Source: a virus | Lineage: Duplodnaviria > Caudoviricetes | Virus record (IMG/VR): IMGVR_UViG_3300046716_000023 | Coordinates: 1 to 54,756 of that record | Reading direction: 5' to 3' (one strand) | DNA length: 54,756 bases | In this document: piece by piece, positions 20,401 to 29,408 of the stretch | Layout: each line of letters begins with the position of its first letter | Numbering within the stretch: position 1 is the first letter of the stretch | The notes under the pieces: generated by a model | Databases searched by the model: none | What the model was told of the DNA's origin: nothing | The model's input: the letters and a program-made list of their open reading frames with translations, nothing else | Position numbers and translations under genes: made by a program

Positions 20401-21150
20401 CGCGTCCTTGTCCGCGGCCTTCTGGATGCTGGCGATGCTCTTGACCTGCTCCTTGATCTGGTCGTGATACATCTGCAGGCGCGCCATGTTCAGGCGCACC
20501 TTCTCGTCACCCATGAGGATCGACGGGATGTTCAGCTGGTCTTCGGAGATCCCACCCTTGGCGGCGGTCTTCTTGATCTTCGAGATCGCGCGATGGTACG
20601 CGATGGACTCGAGGTCCTGATACTGCATCGGGTCGGTGGACTCGTACACGCTCGCGGAGCGGACTCGTCCACGGATCGGTTCACCCGTAGCTCCCAGAAC
20701 CTCGCCGCGCATCTCACTTGCGCGCTTGTTGGTCGCGGACTGAACCGCCTGAACGCGGGCCATCGCGACGGCGAGCTGATTGGCGTCGATCGTCGCCTTC
20801 TCCCACGCGGCACCCAGGTGCTCGTAGGAGACGATGGTGGTCTCGTTGCCCGCGAGGATCGCGCGGATCTGCGCGTTCATCTGGGACTCGGTGGAGCCTA
20901 GGACCGACTGAACCTCTTCCAGCGTGGTGCTACCCGCAGCGAGGAGTTCGATCTGCTCCTTCACTACGGCAGACGAGATGCCCATCGTCTGGATGGCGGA
21001 CGCAGCATCGAGCGACTTCTCTTGAACGGCCTTGAGCTTCGAGTTCAGTCGATCCATGAAGCCAATGAACTTCGCGGCCTGCTCTTGGGTCTTCTGGAAC
21101 CCATCGCCGCCCGCGGTAACATTGACTCCAAAGTTTACGTCGTCACTCAT
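17419..21150 (-). CDS. tape measure protein
   Basis: 1243 aa, helical, with a TP901-like core (AIEFEHSMARI...TDRGRV); follows the chaperone pair. Confidence 0.92.
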   Translation of the reverse strand: MSDDVNFGVNVTAGGDGFQKTQEQAAKFIGFMDRLNSKLKAVQEKSLDAASAIQTMGISSAVVKEQIELLAAGSTTLEEVQSVLGSTESQMNAQIRAILAGNETTIVSYEHLGAAWEKATIDANQLAVAMARVQAVQSATNKRASEMRGEVLGATGEPIRGRVRSASVYESTDPMQYQDLESIAYHRAISKIKKTAAKGGISEDQLNIPSILMGDEKVRLNMARLQMYHDQIKEQVKSIASIQKAADKDALTQLKDREKAELAHFRLMKRNLDEAVRAREQMHAAERKQDMEAERRHARFANREMDQMYARMPDKDAKKYIGSAKGLWTRDLFNVRDWVGGEAQVGKVFKAMEKGTSLASKGFLALGRAVQGAGNAVAFMTSSVGGLLAMLGGAVIGLAAKSAIEFEHSMARIMTLVKDGESTLPELTEQVKRLSKEFGFSPMASAEGFRIAISSDVDPKEAMKFMEEAGKLSVAQNVSIEKSADMLAMMKNAFNLSTASFSRLRDMIFVMTDRGRVEVDQFAGEIGKMAAVARTAGVSVQEMLATFAALSRTKGPEQAGTMVINLFKFISKQGPEAVKIMKDLGIATGPEFVQGQGLLKQIEKIHDALQKNPQLIEKITDDFRELRAWGEITGAQFEALKSIMEDLTNRIGVGDEATSKMMDTTEVKWNRLIAQLKISMIELGESVMGTFNEWIKDSGGVENAMRKIESAFKRIELAVRLFLAPFQAVLMIIEGVLMDVWDILKTIGNGFKTLIGGIATGIAFIMEQYNKAMYEYTGDEAILERQEKVKKALKSLTEFTVESAKDTGKSFTDIFTDWGVAWEKSGMAANRKAVQKLQQDIADLDQVSGEAAEDQEQLGEFIKANGNHAKKTAADIEKLKKAQEELNPKRDEGAMIRRLFTDTLTDQVKDGGKQLKQWLTDNRDTVKGIISGYHHLAEEQKTLFNKMRLQLKDLIKDQEKYDDSVQQTIDKIKDADRTPEQQVKQRIDRGQLLEGRANSAAKIGDRDEVQRLLQEASGVYESILSVEGANTKENRAKIVDALERLRGEMDKVYAAEKSAIEDRMKTAEKAEKAFTAAANNVEAHFKKFEQGIVDVGRALEDLGKLPTDEKLKALKEKIMKLEADSQFFINVQSDPALNALDKMIEKAKELHLELTAAPDELLAKLKDADLKNLLLQGTPAITPSEPRSTSNNTSNTTNVDMRGTTINAGSEGGGPKKADARKLARDLKRHIERGEAPALTRRK

Positions 21151-21370
21151 CGTCTTCCTCAGGCACCTTCTCCTCCATGCGGAGGATGCTGAAGGCCATC
21201 AGCTCAACTTGCTCCCGGTACGTCAGCTCATTCCACGGCCTGCCGTAGTAGCTGCGAGGATCGACCGTCTCTACTGCTCGCAACTGCCAGTACTCCAGCG
21301 ACCTCCCAGACCCCTTGGGGATCCGCTTCGGCTTCGCGGATCCCCTGGGCCTGGGAGTTACGAGTTTCCC
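21143..21370 (-). CDS. -1 frame extension of the tail assembly chaperone (gpGT-like)
   Basis: Slippery G GGA AAC at 21370-21364; the -1 frame (…LVTPRPRG...EEDDE) stays open to TGA at 21145-21143. Confidence 0.85.
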   Translation of the reverse strand, partial: GKLVTPRPRGSAKPKRIPKGSGRSLEYWQLRAVETVDPRSYYGRPWNELTYREQVELMAFSILRMEEKVPEEDDE

Positions 21371-21870
21371 TTCGCCACCTCGATGTCGTCGGCGATGTTC
21401 ATGAGGCTCGTGATCTCACCCATCAGGCGACCGAGGTCACCCATGGTGAAGCCGAACTCGATGAGCTTGTCCCAGATGCCCTGGTAGAACTCCGGCTTCG
21501 TCTTGTCTTGGTCGCCGACCTCGAAGTCGACGTTGGGGTCGTCGATCCCGTGGAAGATGATGTACGCCATCCGGAGCTGCGTCATCTTCCGGTTCGCCGT
21601 GACCCACTCCGGAGTCTCGACATCGATGATCGTCGTCTTCTTCGTGTCCGGATCCCGGATGATGACGCCGCTCGCGTTCTTCGCGTAGTCTTGCGGCTTG
21701 GGCGGTTCCGGGAAGAGCTCGAACATCTTCGAGTCGACTCCCACCGGAAGCGCCCTGACGCGGATCTGGAGCATCTCCTCTCCAGCCGCTCCCTCGTCCC
21801 CGGAGGTCGCACGCTTCAGCGTGACGACCTTCCGGGGCGTTTCGAACTTCATCTTGCCACGGACCTTCAT
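21358..21870 (-). CDS. tail assembly chaperone (gpG-like)
   Basis: Lies between major tail and tape measure; ends ...AKGNS at the slippery site. Confidence 0.85.
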   Translation of the reverse strand: MKVRGKMKFETPRKVVTLKRATSGDEGAAGEEMLQIRVRALPVGVDSKMFELFPEPPKPQDYAKNASGVIIRDPDTKKTTIIDVETPEWVTANRKMTQLRMAYIIFHGIDDPNVDFEVGDQDKTKPEFYQGIWDKLIEFGFTMGDLGRLMGEITSLMNIADDIEVAKGNS

Positions 21871-21898
21871 CGCAGTTCTCCCTCTCTTGAAAGGCGGC

Positions 21899-22411
21899 CT
21901 AGACGCCGCGGGTGCTGGTGGGCTCGAGCGTCGCGCAGATGCCCGAGTACGTCGTCATGTCGGCGTTGTCGCCCTCCTCGAACCCCACCTCGTCGCAGTG
22001 GAAGTCCGGGAGGACGATGCGTTCCGTCTGGTCGATCCCGCTCGCCTCGCACGGGTTCGTCAGGTCGAAGCGGATGTCGACGCAGTACGGACCGCAGTCG
22101 AGGGTCGAGACCCACGTGCTGGCGTTCCCCTTGCGACGCATCGCGTCCGGGACGGAGGGAATGGTCGCGAACGCCGTGAGCGTCCTGCCCGTCCACTCCT
22201 CGAACTTCGCCGAGAACGAGGCGTTCATCGGCTCCTCGTTGCCTTCGGCGAGGCCCGCGACCCTGCCGCGGTTCATGATGACCTTCGCCGGACGGCGGAC
22301 GTTGAACCGGAGGTTCCCGTCCTCGATCGGAACCACGAGGGTCTTCGGCGTCGTGCTGCCGTCGACCAGCGTGATCTGACCGTTCGTCAGATTTCGCGTC
22401 CTCTGAGACAT
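21899..22411 (-). CDS. major tail (tube) protein
   Basis: Gene position; beta-rich 170 aa; strong codon bias. Confidence 0.7.
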   Translation of the reverse strand: MSQRTRNLTNGQITLVDGSTTPKTLVVPIEDGNLRFNVRRPAKVIMNRGRVAGLAEGNEEPMNASFSAKFEEWTGRTLTAFATIPSVPDAMRRKGNASTWVSTLDCGPYCVDIRFDLTNPCEASGIDQTERIVLPDFHCDEVGFEEGDNADMTTYSGICATLEPTSTRGV

Positions 22412-22420
22412 GGCTCTCCT

Positions 22421-22912
22421 TCAGCTGGCGATGAGCACAGCCTGGAACGTGACAACCACGCTGTGGATGTTACCTTGCTCCACCGCGAAGTTGCCTTCTC
22501 CTTGGAACGTGATGTTGCGACGCGGCAGGTAACTTTGCCGCGCCTCCTTGATTTGGACTGCGCCGAGCACGGTCTCAGGAGGTACGCCGATCATGCTCAG
22601 AGGCACGTCAACCTTTTCGAGAGTCTTCCTGACCCGTGCCGCAAGTCGGAAGGGAGCGAGTGTGTCCTTGTCAGCGCGAGCTTCCTCGAGCCGAGAGTCA
22701 CAGACGATCTCGAAGAGGAGTAGACCTCCCCACACTCCCCGACGGGTTCGCATACGTGCGTCACCCATCGGGTTGAACGTCATCCATTCCTCTTTGCCCT
22801 CTGTGTTCGGCCTCATGCCGGGACCCATGAACTCCGTTGTGGGCATCGCTGCTCTCAGGAACGCCTGGACGGAGAGCCAAGCGTAGACCTCCAGCTCATC
22901 CGGAATGCTCAC
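22421..22912 (-). CDS. tail terminator / completion protein
   Basis: Position between the gp10-like gene and major tail. Confidence 0.55.
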   Translation of the reverse strand: MSIPDELEVYAWLSVQAFLRAAMPTTEFMGPGMRPNTEGKEEWMTFNPMGDARMRTRRGVWGGLLLFEIVCDSRLEEARADKDTLAPFRLAARVRKTLEKVDVPLSMIGVPPETVLGAVQIKEARQSYLPRRNITFQGEGNFAVEQGNIHSVVVTFQAVLIAS

Positions 22913-24159
22913 GGCTTCCTTCTCTCAGCCTTGGTGCGTTGCTTGAACTCCGGTTTGCCGAACTGACCCCACGCATGCTGCAGCTCTGCGGCCTGACGTT
23001 CGAGCTCCGACCTTGGACTTCTGACATGCTGAACCACGGTACGTGACTCGGTCCTCGTTCCGCTCGTGTGTCCCTCAAACGTCTCCGCGCTCCACTTGAC
23101 CTTGGAGATCGTCCGGACCATGCGGCTCTCAAACGTGTGCTGGGGTTCGCTGAACTCACCAGACGAGTGCCAGTCCTTGGGATCGTTGATCCGCATCGCG
23201 AGGAACGCGTCCGCGTTGAGGTGTGACACGTTCCTATCGAGCGGCAGACGACTCGCGAGCTCCGAATAGAGCCGGCGCCACGTGAGCGAGGGAAGCTTCG
23301 CCTCGAGCTCGTCGAGCCCGATCGGTTGACCGGTCTGACTTGCCTGATCCCACCTGAAGCCGCGGAGCCGATACTTCTCGTTCATCCACCACGTGGTCAT
23401 GGTGTCGAGGAGGTTCCGCAGCTCGGTCTTCAGCGCGAACATCGTGACGCGGACCATGCCCTGCGGCGCTTGCTTCGAGTGCCCGTGCTCCAGGAAGAGC
23501 ATATAGCCGACGTCCGTCCCGATCCGGAAGCCCACGCGGCCGAGCTTGAACTTGCCCTTGCCGCGGATCTGCGGGGAGAGACGCCAGCTCGCGGCCGCCC
23601 TGCCCGTCTCGTACGGGGTGAGGTAGACGACCTCCATGAACGCCCACCTGGCCGCGTGCCAGACCACGAAGCGTGCTCCGATGTGCGGGAGTCCTGCCAT
23701 CGCGACGATGCGACCGAGCTCCAGCTTGATCGCCTTGATGTCGACGAGGTCGTCCTTCTTGCCGAACTTGTCGTAGGGCGACATGCGGAACTGCGCACCG
23801 ACCGTGATGCTCGGCAGCAGTCCAAAGTCTCCGAACTGCTCGAACCCGTGGAACTCCTTCGTCTTGTCGCCGATGTTGCGCGGGGTCCCGAGCTGGTACT
23901 TCTTGCCGGAGTATCCGATCTGCGTGTAGGTGGACGGTTGACCAGGGATGAACGGCAGAACACCGGTCCGTCCGGGGATCGTGACCTCCTGCATCCGGCG
24001 GATCTGCGTGATGTTCGCTCGAAGCTTGACCGCACGCTGGTGGATGTGCTGACGAACGTCACGGGTCAGCGTGGACGCCTTGAGCGTGCCAGCGTTAGGG
24101 ATCAACCCACGTGAGGTCCCCGACCTCATGATGTTTCGAGGGAAGTAGGGCTTCGCCAT
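22909..24159 (-). CDS. HK97 gp10-like neck/tail-completion protein, enlarged (416 aa)
   Basis: TPYETGRAAASW and YMLFLEHGHSKQAPQGMVR motifs; TAATG coupling to the upstream gene. Confidence 0.75.
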   Translation of the reverse strand: MAKPYFPRNIMRSGTSRGLIPNAGTLKASTLTRDVRQHIHQRAVKLRANITQIRRMQEVTIPGRTGVLPFIPGQPSTYTQIGYSGKKYQLGTPRNIGDKTKEFHGFEQFGDFGLLPSITVGAQFRMSPYDKFGKKDDLVDIKAIKLELGRIVAMAGLPHIGARFVVWHAARWAFMEVVYLTPYETGRAAASWRLSPQIRGKGKFKLGRVGFRIGTDVGYMLFLEHGHSKQAPQGMVRVTMFALKTELRNLLDTMTTWWMNEKYRLRGFRWDQASQTGQPIGLDELEAKLPSLTWRRLYSELASRLPLDRNVSHLNADAFLAMRINDPKDWHSSGEFSEPQHTFESRMVRTISKVKWSAETFEGHTSGTRTESRTVVQHVRSPRSELERQAAELQHAWGQFGKPEFKQRTKAERRKP

Positions 24160-24581
24160 TACTTGCGGCACCACAGGATGTACATCCTGGTGAGTGAGTC
24201 GAAGTCCTGTCCCAGGACGTTGAAGCTCCCGTCGAACAGCGTGAGACGATCGCCGACCTTCGGGACGAGGTTGGCGAGCTCTTTGATCGAGACTTCGGCT
24301 CGGATGTCGCCGACCTTCAGGTGGGCGTTGCCTTCCTGAAGGAGATCGCGGGCGTTGATCACGTAGCGACCGACGTGACACAGGTGGACGTTGGTCTCCT
24401 GCGTGTTCATCTTTGCGTCGCGACCCAAACCCTTCGTGAACTGCGTGAACGTCCCTTCCTCCGGGTTGTCGAACATCAAGTAGTCGTCCGACACATCCAA
24501 CGTCATCACGGGCTCGCGGCAGACCGCGAGGTCCGAGAAGAAGCTGATCGTGTGGCCGAGTGGCTTGGTGTAATCGGACAT
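24159..24581 (-). CDS. head closure / head-tail joining protein
   Basis: Gene position; PKVGDRL motif; start codon uncertain. Confidence 0.6.
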   Translation of the reverse strand: MSDYTKPLGHTISFFSDLAVCREPVMTLDVSDDYLMFDNPEEGTFTQFTKGLGRDAKMNTQETNVHLCHVGRYVINARDLLQEGNAHLKVGDIRAEVSIKELANLVPKVGDRLTLFDGSFNVLGQDFDSLTRMYILWCRK

Positions 24582-24582
24582 G

Positions 24583-24816
24583 TCAGTAGATGGGATCGTC
24601 CGGGGTGACGAGTTGAGTCTCCGCGTACATCGGATCTTCCGCGACGAGGAGTGCGTTGATCGACTCGAGCTGCTGACGGAGCTCGCGCAGGTAACCGTTC
24701 CAGTCCACCTGCTGACCCGTGGCCGACTTGTAGCTGGCCTTCGGGGACGCGGTCACCTCCTTCAGCCTCGCAATGAGCTGGGACTTGATCGCGACGAGCT
24801 CCGTAGCGTCGCTCAC
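24583..24816 (-). CDS. head completion protein (gpW-like)
   Basis: PKASYKSATGQQVDWNGYL between two helices; GTG start. Confidence 0.6.
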   Translation of the reverse strand: MSDATELVAIKSQLIARLKEVTASPKASYKSATGQQVDWNGYLRELRQQLESINALLVAEDPMYAETQLVTPDDPIY

Positions 24817-24818
24817 GG

Positions 24819-25139
24819 CTACTGGGCCTTCGCCGGCTCGGCCAGCGAACCCTTCTCGCCCGTGAGGATGAACGTGCTGGCCGTGCGCTGGCCGGAGTGC
24901 GTGCCCGCCTTCTCCGACGTCATCTTGACCTCGACCTCGTGGTCGCTGCCCTTGATGCCGAAGAACTCGTGCCACTTCTGCCGCGCTTCGCCTTCGCTGG
25001 CCGCCTTGCAGACGCACCAGTCGTGCTTCGAGGCGACCTTGTAGTTGGTCGTCTTCGGCGCCGGCGGCGCCTTGGGATCGGGAGCTCCGGTCGGCTTCGG
25101 CGCGGTTGCCGGGCCTCCGGCGGGGTTCGGATCGGACAT
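24819..25139 (-). CDS. hypothetical protein after the major capsid gene
   Basis: AGAGG RBS; Pro/Ala-rich N-terminus. Confidence 0.65.
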   Translation of the reverse strand: MSDPNPAGGPATAPKPTGAPDPKAPPAPKTTNYKVASKHDWCVCKAASEGEARQKWHEFFGIKGSDHEVEVKMTSEKAGTHSGQRTASTFILTGEKGSLAEPAKAQ

Positions 25140-25186
25140 TGTGCACCTCTCTTGTACTTGGGACTCCAGTCCCGTCAACTACCCGA

Positions 25187-25212
25187 GCCGCCGGGACCTT
25201 CGTCCCGGCGGC
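25187..25212 (-). terminator. strong hairpin after the capsid gene (stabiliser or weak terminator, no U-tract)
   Basis: Perfect 11-bp stem GCCGCCGGGAC / GTCCCGGCGGC. Confidence 0.5.
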
Positions 25213-25236
25213 GTTGGGAGTCCAGCTGGCCTTGGG

Positions 25237-26418
25237 CTAGGCCTGCGGCTGGCTGAAGATCACGTAGCGCGGGTTGCCGACCGCGGCGACGCCCATCTCG
25301 GAGCAGCGCCACATCGCGACGACGTCCCTGGTGAACTCCTCCGGGTTGTTCGGCGGAGCCTGGATGACCTGGATCGGCCAGTTCTGCATGTACCAGAACG
25401 CCTGCTTGAAGTCGCCGCAGATCGCCGTTCCGCCGGCGTTCGCCGATGAGAACGACAGGAGCGACTGGAGCAGCTGGTACAGGAAGCGGGAGACGATCGG
25501 CTCGTTCCATCCCTGCAGCGGGTTCGGCGACTTGCTGACGGCCTTGGTGGCGTCCGTCGTGTCGCCGTAGTCGACCTCCGTGGCGTGGAGGATGCGACGG
25601 ATCGTGTGCTTCAGCGCCGGCGTGCAGAGCACGTCCAGCGACGCCGCGAGCTCGATCGGGTTGCCGGTGTCCGGGTCGAGCATGTCCGCCCACAGGAGCT
25701 CGAAGTCCTGGAAGTCGGTCCAGTCGACGATCGCGTGCGAGGCGATCTTGTTGATCCAGTTGCCGGAGGTGAGGTACGTGTTGTACGACGTACCGCGCCA
25801 CTTGTAGTTGTTGATCGAGCCGATGATCACCGCGAGGAGCCGCTTGAAGCGGCCCGTCGCCTGTCGGGCGCCGATCGTGGAGCAGTTGCGGAGGACCAGA
25901 CCCGTGCGGTCGAAGAAGACCGTCTCCTTCAGGATCTTGATCATCTCGCCACGCTTGGTCGTGGCCGGCGTCTCCTGGTAGTCCTCGCCGAACCCGGTCT
26001 CCGGGTACTCCTTGCCCGGGTGGACCTCGTACTCCTCGTCCTTGACCTTCTGGACGCCGGGGATCTTCTCACCCGAGAACTCCGTCGGGATGACGGTGCA
26101 GAGCCGGTCGAAGAGACCGCCGTCCGCCTCGTTGTACCCCTGGAGAACCTTCGAGTAGACGATCTGCCCGGTGATGTTCGAGAACGCGGTGACGTCGACC
26201 GCGTCTTCGCCGGCGGTGATCAGCTGATTGCCCGCGTAGCGCGGGTGCAGCTTCTTCACCCACTCGTGGCCGCAGAACGCCTCGGCGATCTCCCTGAAGG
26301 AGAAGTCGTCGGGCTTCAGCTCCTTGTCCGCGAGCGCCTGGCCCAGCTTGTCGCACGTGGCGACCGCGCCCTCGGACGCGTACAGCTGCTTGAGGTTGAC
26401 TCCGTGGTTGCGCAGCAT
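25237..26418 (-). CDS. major capsid protein
   Basis: 393 aa after scaffold and decoration genes; GDFKQAF and C-terminal GVAAVGNPRYV; extreme codon bias. Confidence 0.88.
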   Translation of the reverse strand: MLRNHGVNLKQLYASEGAVATCDKLGQALADKELKPDDFSFREIAEAFCGHEWVKKLHPRYAGNQLITAGEDAVDVTAFSNITGQIVYSKVLQGYNEADGGLFDRLCTVIPTEFSGEKIPGVQKVKDEEYEVHPGKEYPETGFGEDYQETPATTKRGEMIKILKETVFFDRTGLVLRNCSTIGARQATGRFKRLLAVIIGSINNYKWRGTSYNTYLTSGNWINKIASHAIVDWTDFQDFELLWADMLDPDTGNPIELAASLDVLCTPALKHTIRRILHATEVDYGDTTDATKAVSKSPNPLQGWNEPIVSRFLYQLLQSLLSFSSANAGGTAICGDFKQAFWYMQNWPIQVIQAPPNNPEEFTRDVVAMWRCSEMGVAAVGNPRYVIFSQPQA

Positions 26419-26446
26419 GTTCGTGTGCTGTTCCCTTCCGGCGCCG

Positions 26447-26911
26447 TTAGGCGTCCGCCATGACGGTGGAGCGGATCTTGACCATGACCTTCGTCAGGCC
26501 GGTTCCGCGCCCCGCGCACTTGCCGATGGAGCGCGTGGTCAGGCCCGCCCCGAAAGCCCCGAGTCGGACGACCTTCTGGTCTTCCAGCGCGAAGGCGCTG
26601 GACTCGGCGACGCCGACCTCGTCACCGATCTCCCAGTTCGTGCTGTCGCACGGGTACTCGTGGGTGCCGCCCGAGTCGAAGCGGATCGGGTCGGTGTCGC
26701 CGGAACGCGACCGCTGAGCGGCCACTCCCGCGAACTTCCCCTTGAACGTGGCCTGCGTGTTCGCGAGGGCCGAACCCGCCGCCTGGCTGGAGGCCGGACG
26801 CAGGTCGTCCGTCTCGAGGTAGAGCAGGTCACCGATCTCGATGACCGTGCCGGAGTCCACCGCGCCGACGAACGGCGCCGGATCTCCGTACTTGTGTCGC
26901 TGCGTGTCCAT
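26447..26911 (-). CDS. head decoration / cement protein
   Basis: IEIGDLLYL, FAGVA and IGDEVG motifs; directly upstream of the capsid gene. Confidence 0.7.
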   Translation of the reverse strand: MDTQRHKYGDPAPFVGAVDSGTVIEIGDLLYLETDDLRPASSQAAGSALANTQATFKGKFAGVAAQRSRSGDTDPIRFDSGGTHEYPCDSTNWEIGDEVGVAESSAFALEDQKVVRLGAFGAGLTTRSIGKCAGRGTGLTKVMVKIRSTVMADA

Positions 26912-26917
26912 GGAGGG

Positions 26918-27928
26918 CTAGCTCCCCTTCACTGCGGAGGCGAAGCCCTTGGAGGTCGACGTGTCCGGACCCTTGGAGGCGCCGGCGCTCTCGCCGACTC
27001 CCTTCGAGCTGGACGTCGGCTTCTGGACCTTGCCGGTGGTCTTGTCCGCCAGTTCCTTGCGCTCGGCGAGCAGGGCGGTGAACCGCTCGTCCGTCGTCCC
27101 CGACTCCATGCACATGGCCTGGAACGTGGGCGTGTTGAGATGCTCGGGCAGCTTGGCCTCCGCGATCTTCACCTTGCGGGCGTCGTCTCGGGTCGTCTTG
27201 GCGGTGACCGCCTTGTGACCGTCGATCTCGACCTTGAGCTTCCCGTTCTCGGCCTCGGCGGCCGTGACCTTCGTCTCGAGCTCCTTGAGACGGGTCTCCT
27301 GTGCGAGAGCTTCCGCGACGGTGAGGATCTTGAGATCCTGACGCGCCGCCTGGAGCTGGTCGCGAGTCATGGAGATGAGCTCCACTTTGCGTTCTCCTTC
27401 CTGCATGGCGGCGCTTTCGTAAAGGCCCGCCGTGGTCCCGCCATTGCTGACCACGTCGACCGAATGGACTTTCTCGATGTCGCTCGTCACGAACCAGCCG
27501 GACTCGTACGAGCCGACCAGGTCCGCGAGGTGCGAGAGGGCGTACTGCCCGGGGTCGTTCTCCGCGGCCCACTTGACGGCTTCCGCGAAGGGGTGACCGG
27601 GGTTGAAGTGGAGATCTCCGATGAGGCCGCGCGACTCGTCGACCCGCGGGTTGCGGATGCGACCGAACGGGGTCGACGCCGGGCGCGGGAGGTTCCGCTT
27701 GCTCGGGTCGTAGAGACCGGCCGGGTGATCGAAGTTCACCTGAGCGTTCTCGTACTTGTTGGCGCTCTTCCGCATCGCGTCGACGGGGTAGCGTCGCTTG
27801 TGGCTCGGCGACTCGAAGCCCAGGATCTTCACGCCAGGGATCACGTTGCCCGTGATCTTCGTCCCGGCTGCGGACCACTCCGCGACCGTCTCCTTGATCG
27901 GAGGAGCCTTCTCAGCGGTTGAAGACAT
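26918..27928 (-). CDS. prohead protease / scaffold
   Basis: RRYP, VNFDHP, ALSH and VHSVDVV, followed by a coiled-coil scaffold region. Confidence 0.8.
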   Translation of the reverse strand: MSSTAEKAPPIKETVAEWSAAGTKITGNVIPGVKILGFESPSHKRRYPVDAMRKSANKYENAQVNFDHPAGLYDPSKRNLPRPASTPFGRIRNPRVDESRGLIGDLHFNPGHPFAEAVKWAAENDPGQYALSHLADLVGSYESGWFVTSDIEKVHSVDVVSNGGTTAGLYESAAMQEGERKVELISMTRDQLQAARQDLKILTVAEALAQETRLKELETKVTAAEAENGKLKVEIDGHKAVTAKTTRDDARKVKIAEAKLPEHLNTPTFQAMCMESGTTDERFTALLAERKELADKTTGKVQKPTSSSKGVGESAGASKGPDTSTSKGFASAVKGS

Positions 27929-29408
27929 ACGTCATCACTCCTTCTCGACCGAGCTTGGCCTCGGTGTCGGTCTTGGTCTGCAGTCGGAACCCGTAGGTCT
28001 CCATGAACTTCACGAAGCCCTTCTCGGTCCAGTAGTGGAAGTGCTCGTCCGGACGGAAGTGCTTCGAACCGAGGACGTGGTTGCCGTCCTCGAAGATCGG
28101 CAGCGTGACCACCACGCCGCGGCGGATCTTGTGGAGCAGGGCGTCGAGCTCAAGGGAGGGGATGTGCTCGAGAGAGTCCCAGAACGTCGCGACGTCGACT
28201 TCCTCGATCTTCTCTGCGAGACGCCCGAGATAGCGAAGCTTCTCGATCGTCGCGGGATTGATGTCGATGCCGAGGGCCTTGGTGGACTTCACGAACTGAC
28301 AACTGCCGGGACCCACGTCGAGCAGGATCCCTTCGATGCCGGGGAAGTGACGGTGCAGGATGTCCACGCGGAAGTTGTTGAGCTTCTTGCCGAGCTCCGT
28401 CCCCTCGTAGTTCTCGTACTTGTGGAAGTACTCCTTGTTGTACTGGCCGTTCACGTGGACCGGGTAGTAACCGTACTCCCCTTCCCACTTGAGCAGCTGG
28501 CGACAGGCGACATCGCGGAACGCGGCTTCGACTTCTCTCGGATCGAGCTTCTTGTTGCAGGGTGGGTTGTCACCCGTGTGGCGCGAGGTGACGCCGCACT
28601 CGCACATCGGCTTCGGCTCGACAGCGCGGTACGGGGATCCTCCGCTACCTTCGACCATCCAAGGTTCCACCAGCAAACGGTCAGGGACGTCGCCACCGTA
28701 GAGACAGACGGTTGGGGTCCTCAGAGCGATCCCGAGCGGGAGCATGAAGCCCACGCTGGTGACGATGACGTCGGCGACAGCCATCAGTCCGATGAGCTGC
28801 TCCGTGGTGAACTGACCGTGCATCATGGAACGGGTGACGCCCGTGAGGGGAGCGCCATACCGAACCTCGTGAGGCTCCGCGAGCCATCCGAGCTCCCACC
28901 ACTCGAACTCCTGGTGCTGGTCCACGAGCTGCTGCATGTACAACGGCTCGTTGCCCCGTGCTGCGTTCGGCCACTCGGTCCGGACCGTCGGCGGATGAAC
29001 GAGAGCGAGCGGACGATCCTTCGGCTTGACGGAGTTCGCCCACTCGATCCATTCGGGCTTGGCGATGTACGTGAAGTCCACGGGTCCGGGAGTGAAGCCC
29101 GCGTTGTCCATGAGGGCGGACGTGATCGGCATGCCTCTGCTGAAGTCCGCCGTTCCGTAGCGCAGATGCCGGCGCTCGTACGGGGACTCCGGATTGGCGT
29201 CGTACGTTCCCTCCCACTTGGAGATGTTCGCTGCCTGCGTCCGGAGTCCGGTCTCCGTCCTCAGGATCTTGACCGGGAGATCCCACCAGAGTTGGGGCCA
29301 CGAGGTGCGGACCCAGACCTCCCAGCCCTGGAGGAGACAAGCCCGCGCGACCACGCGCTGATACGCGTTGTCTCCGAGTCCGTGCATGCACTCCAGGATC
29401 AGTCGCAT
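27912..29408 (-). CDS. GT9/heptosyltransferase-like glycosyltransferase fused to a class I methyltransferase
   Basis: HGLGD, LMAVADVIVT...ALRTPTVCLYG; C-terminal LLDVGPG and TFWDSLEHI. Confidence 0.8.
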   Translation of the reverse strand: MRLILECMHGLGDNAYQRVVARACLLQGWEVWVRTSWPQLWWDLPVKILRTETGLRTQAANISKWEGTYDANPESPYERRHLRYGTADFSRGMPITSALMDNAGFTPGPVDFTYIAKPEWIEWANSVKPKDRPLALVHPPTVRTEWPNAARGNEPLYMQQLVDQHQEFEWWELGWLAEPHEVRYGAPLTGVTRSMMHGQFTTEQLIGLMAVADVIVTSVGFMLPLGIALRTPTVCLYGGDVPDRLLVEPWMVEGSGGSPYRAVEPKPMCECGVTSRHTGDNPPCNKKLDPREVEAAFRDVACRQLLKWEGEYGYYPVHVNGQYNKEYFHKYENYEGTELGKKLNNFRVDILHRHFPGIEGILLDVGPGSCQFVKSTKALGIDINPATIEKLRYLGRLAEKIEEVDVATFWDSLEHIPSLELDALLHKIRRGVVVTLPIFEDGNHVLGSKHFRPDEHFHYWTEKGFVKFMETYGFRLQTKTDTEAKLGREGVMTYVFNR

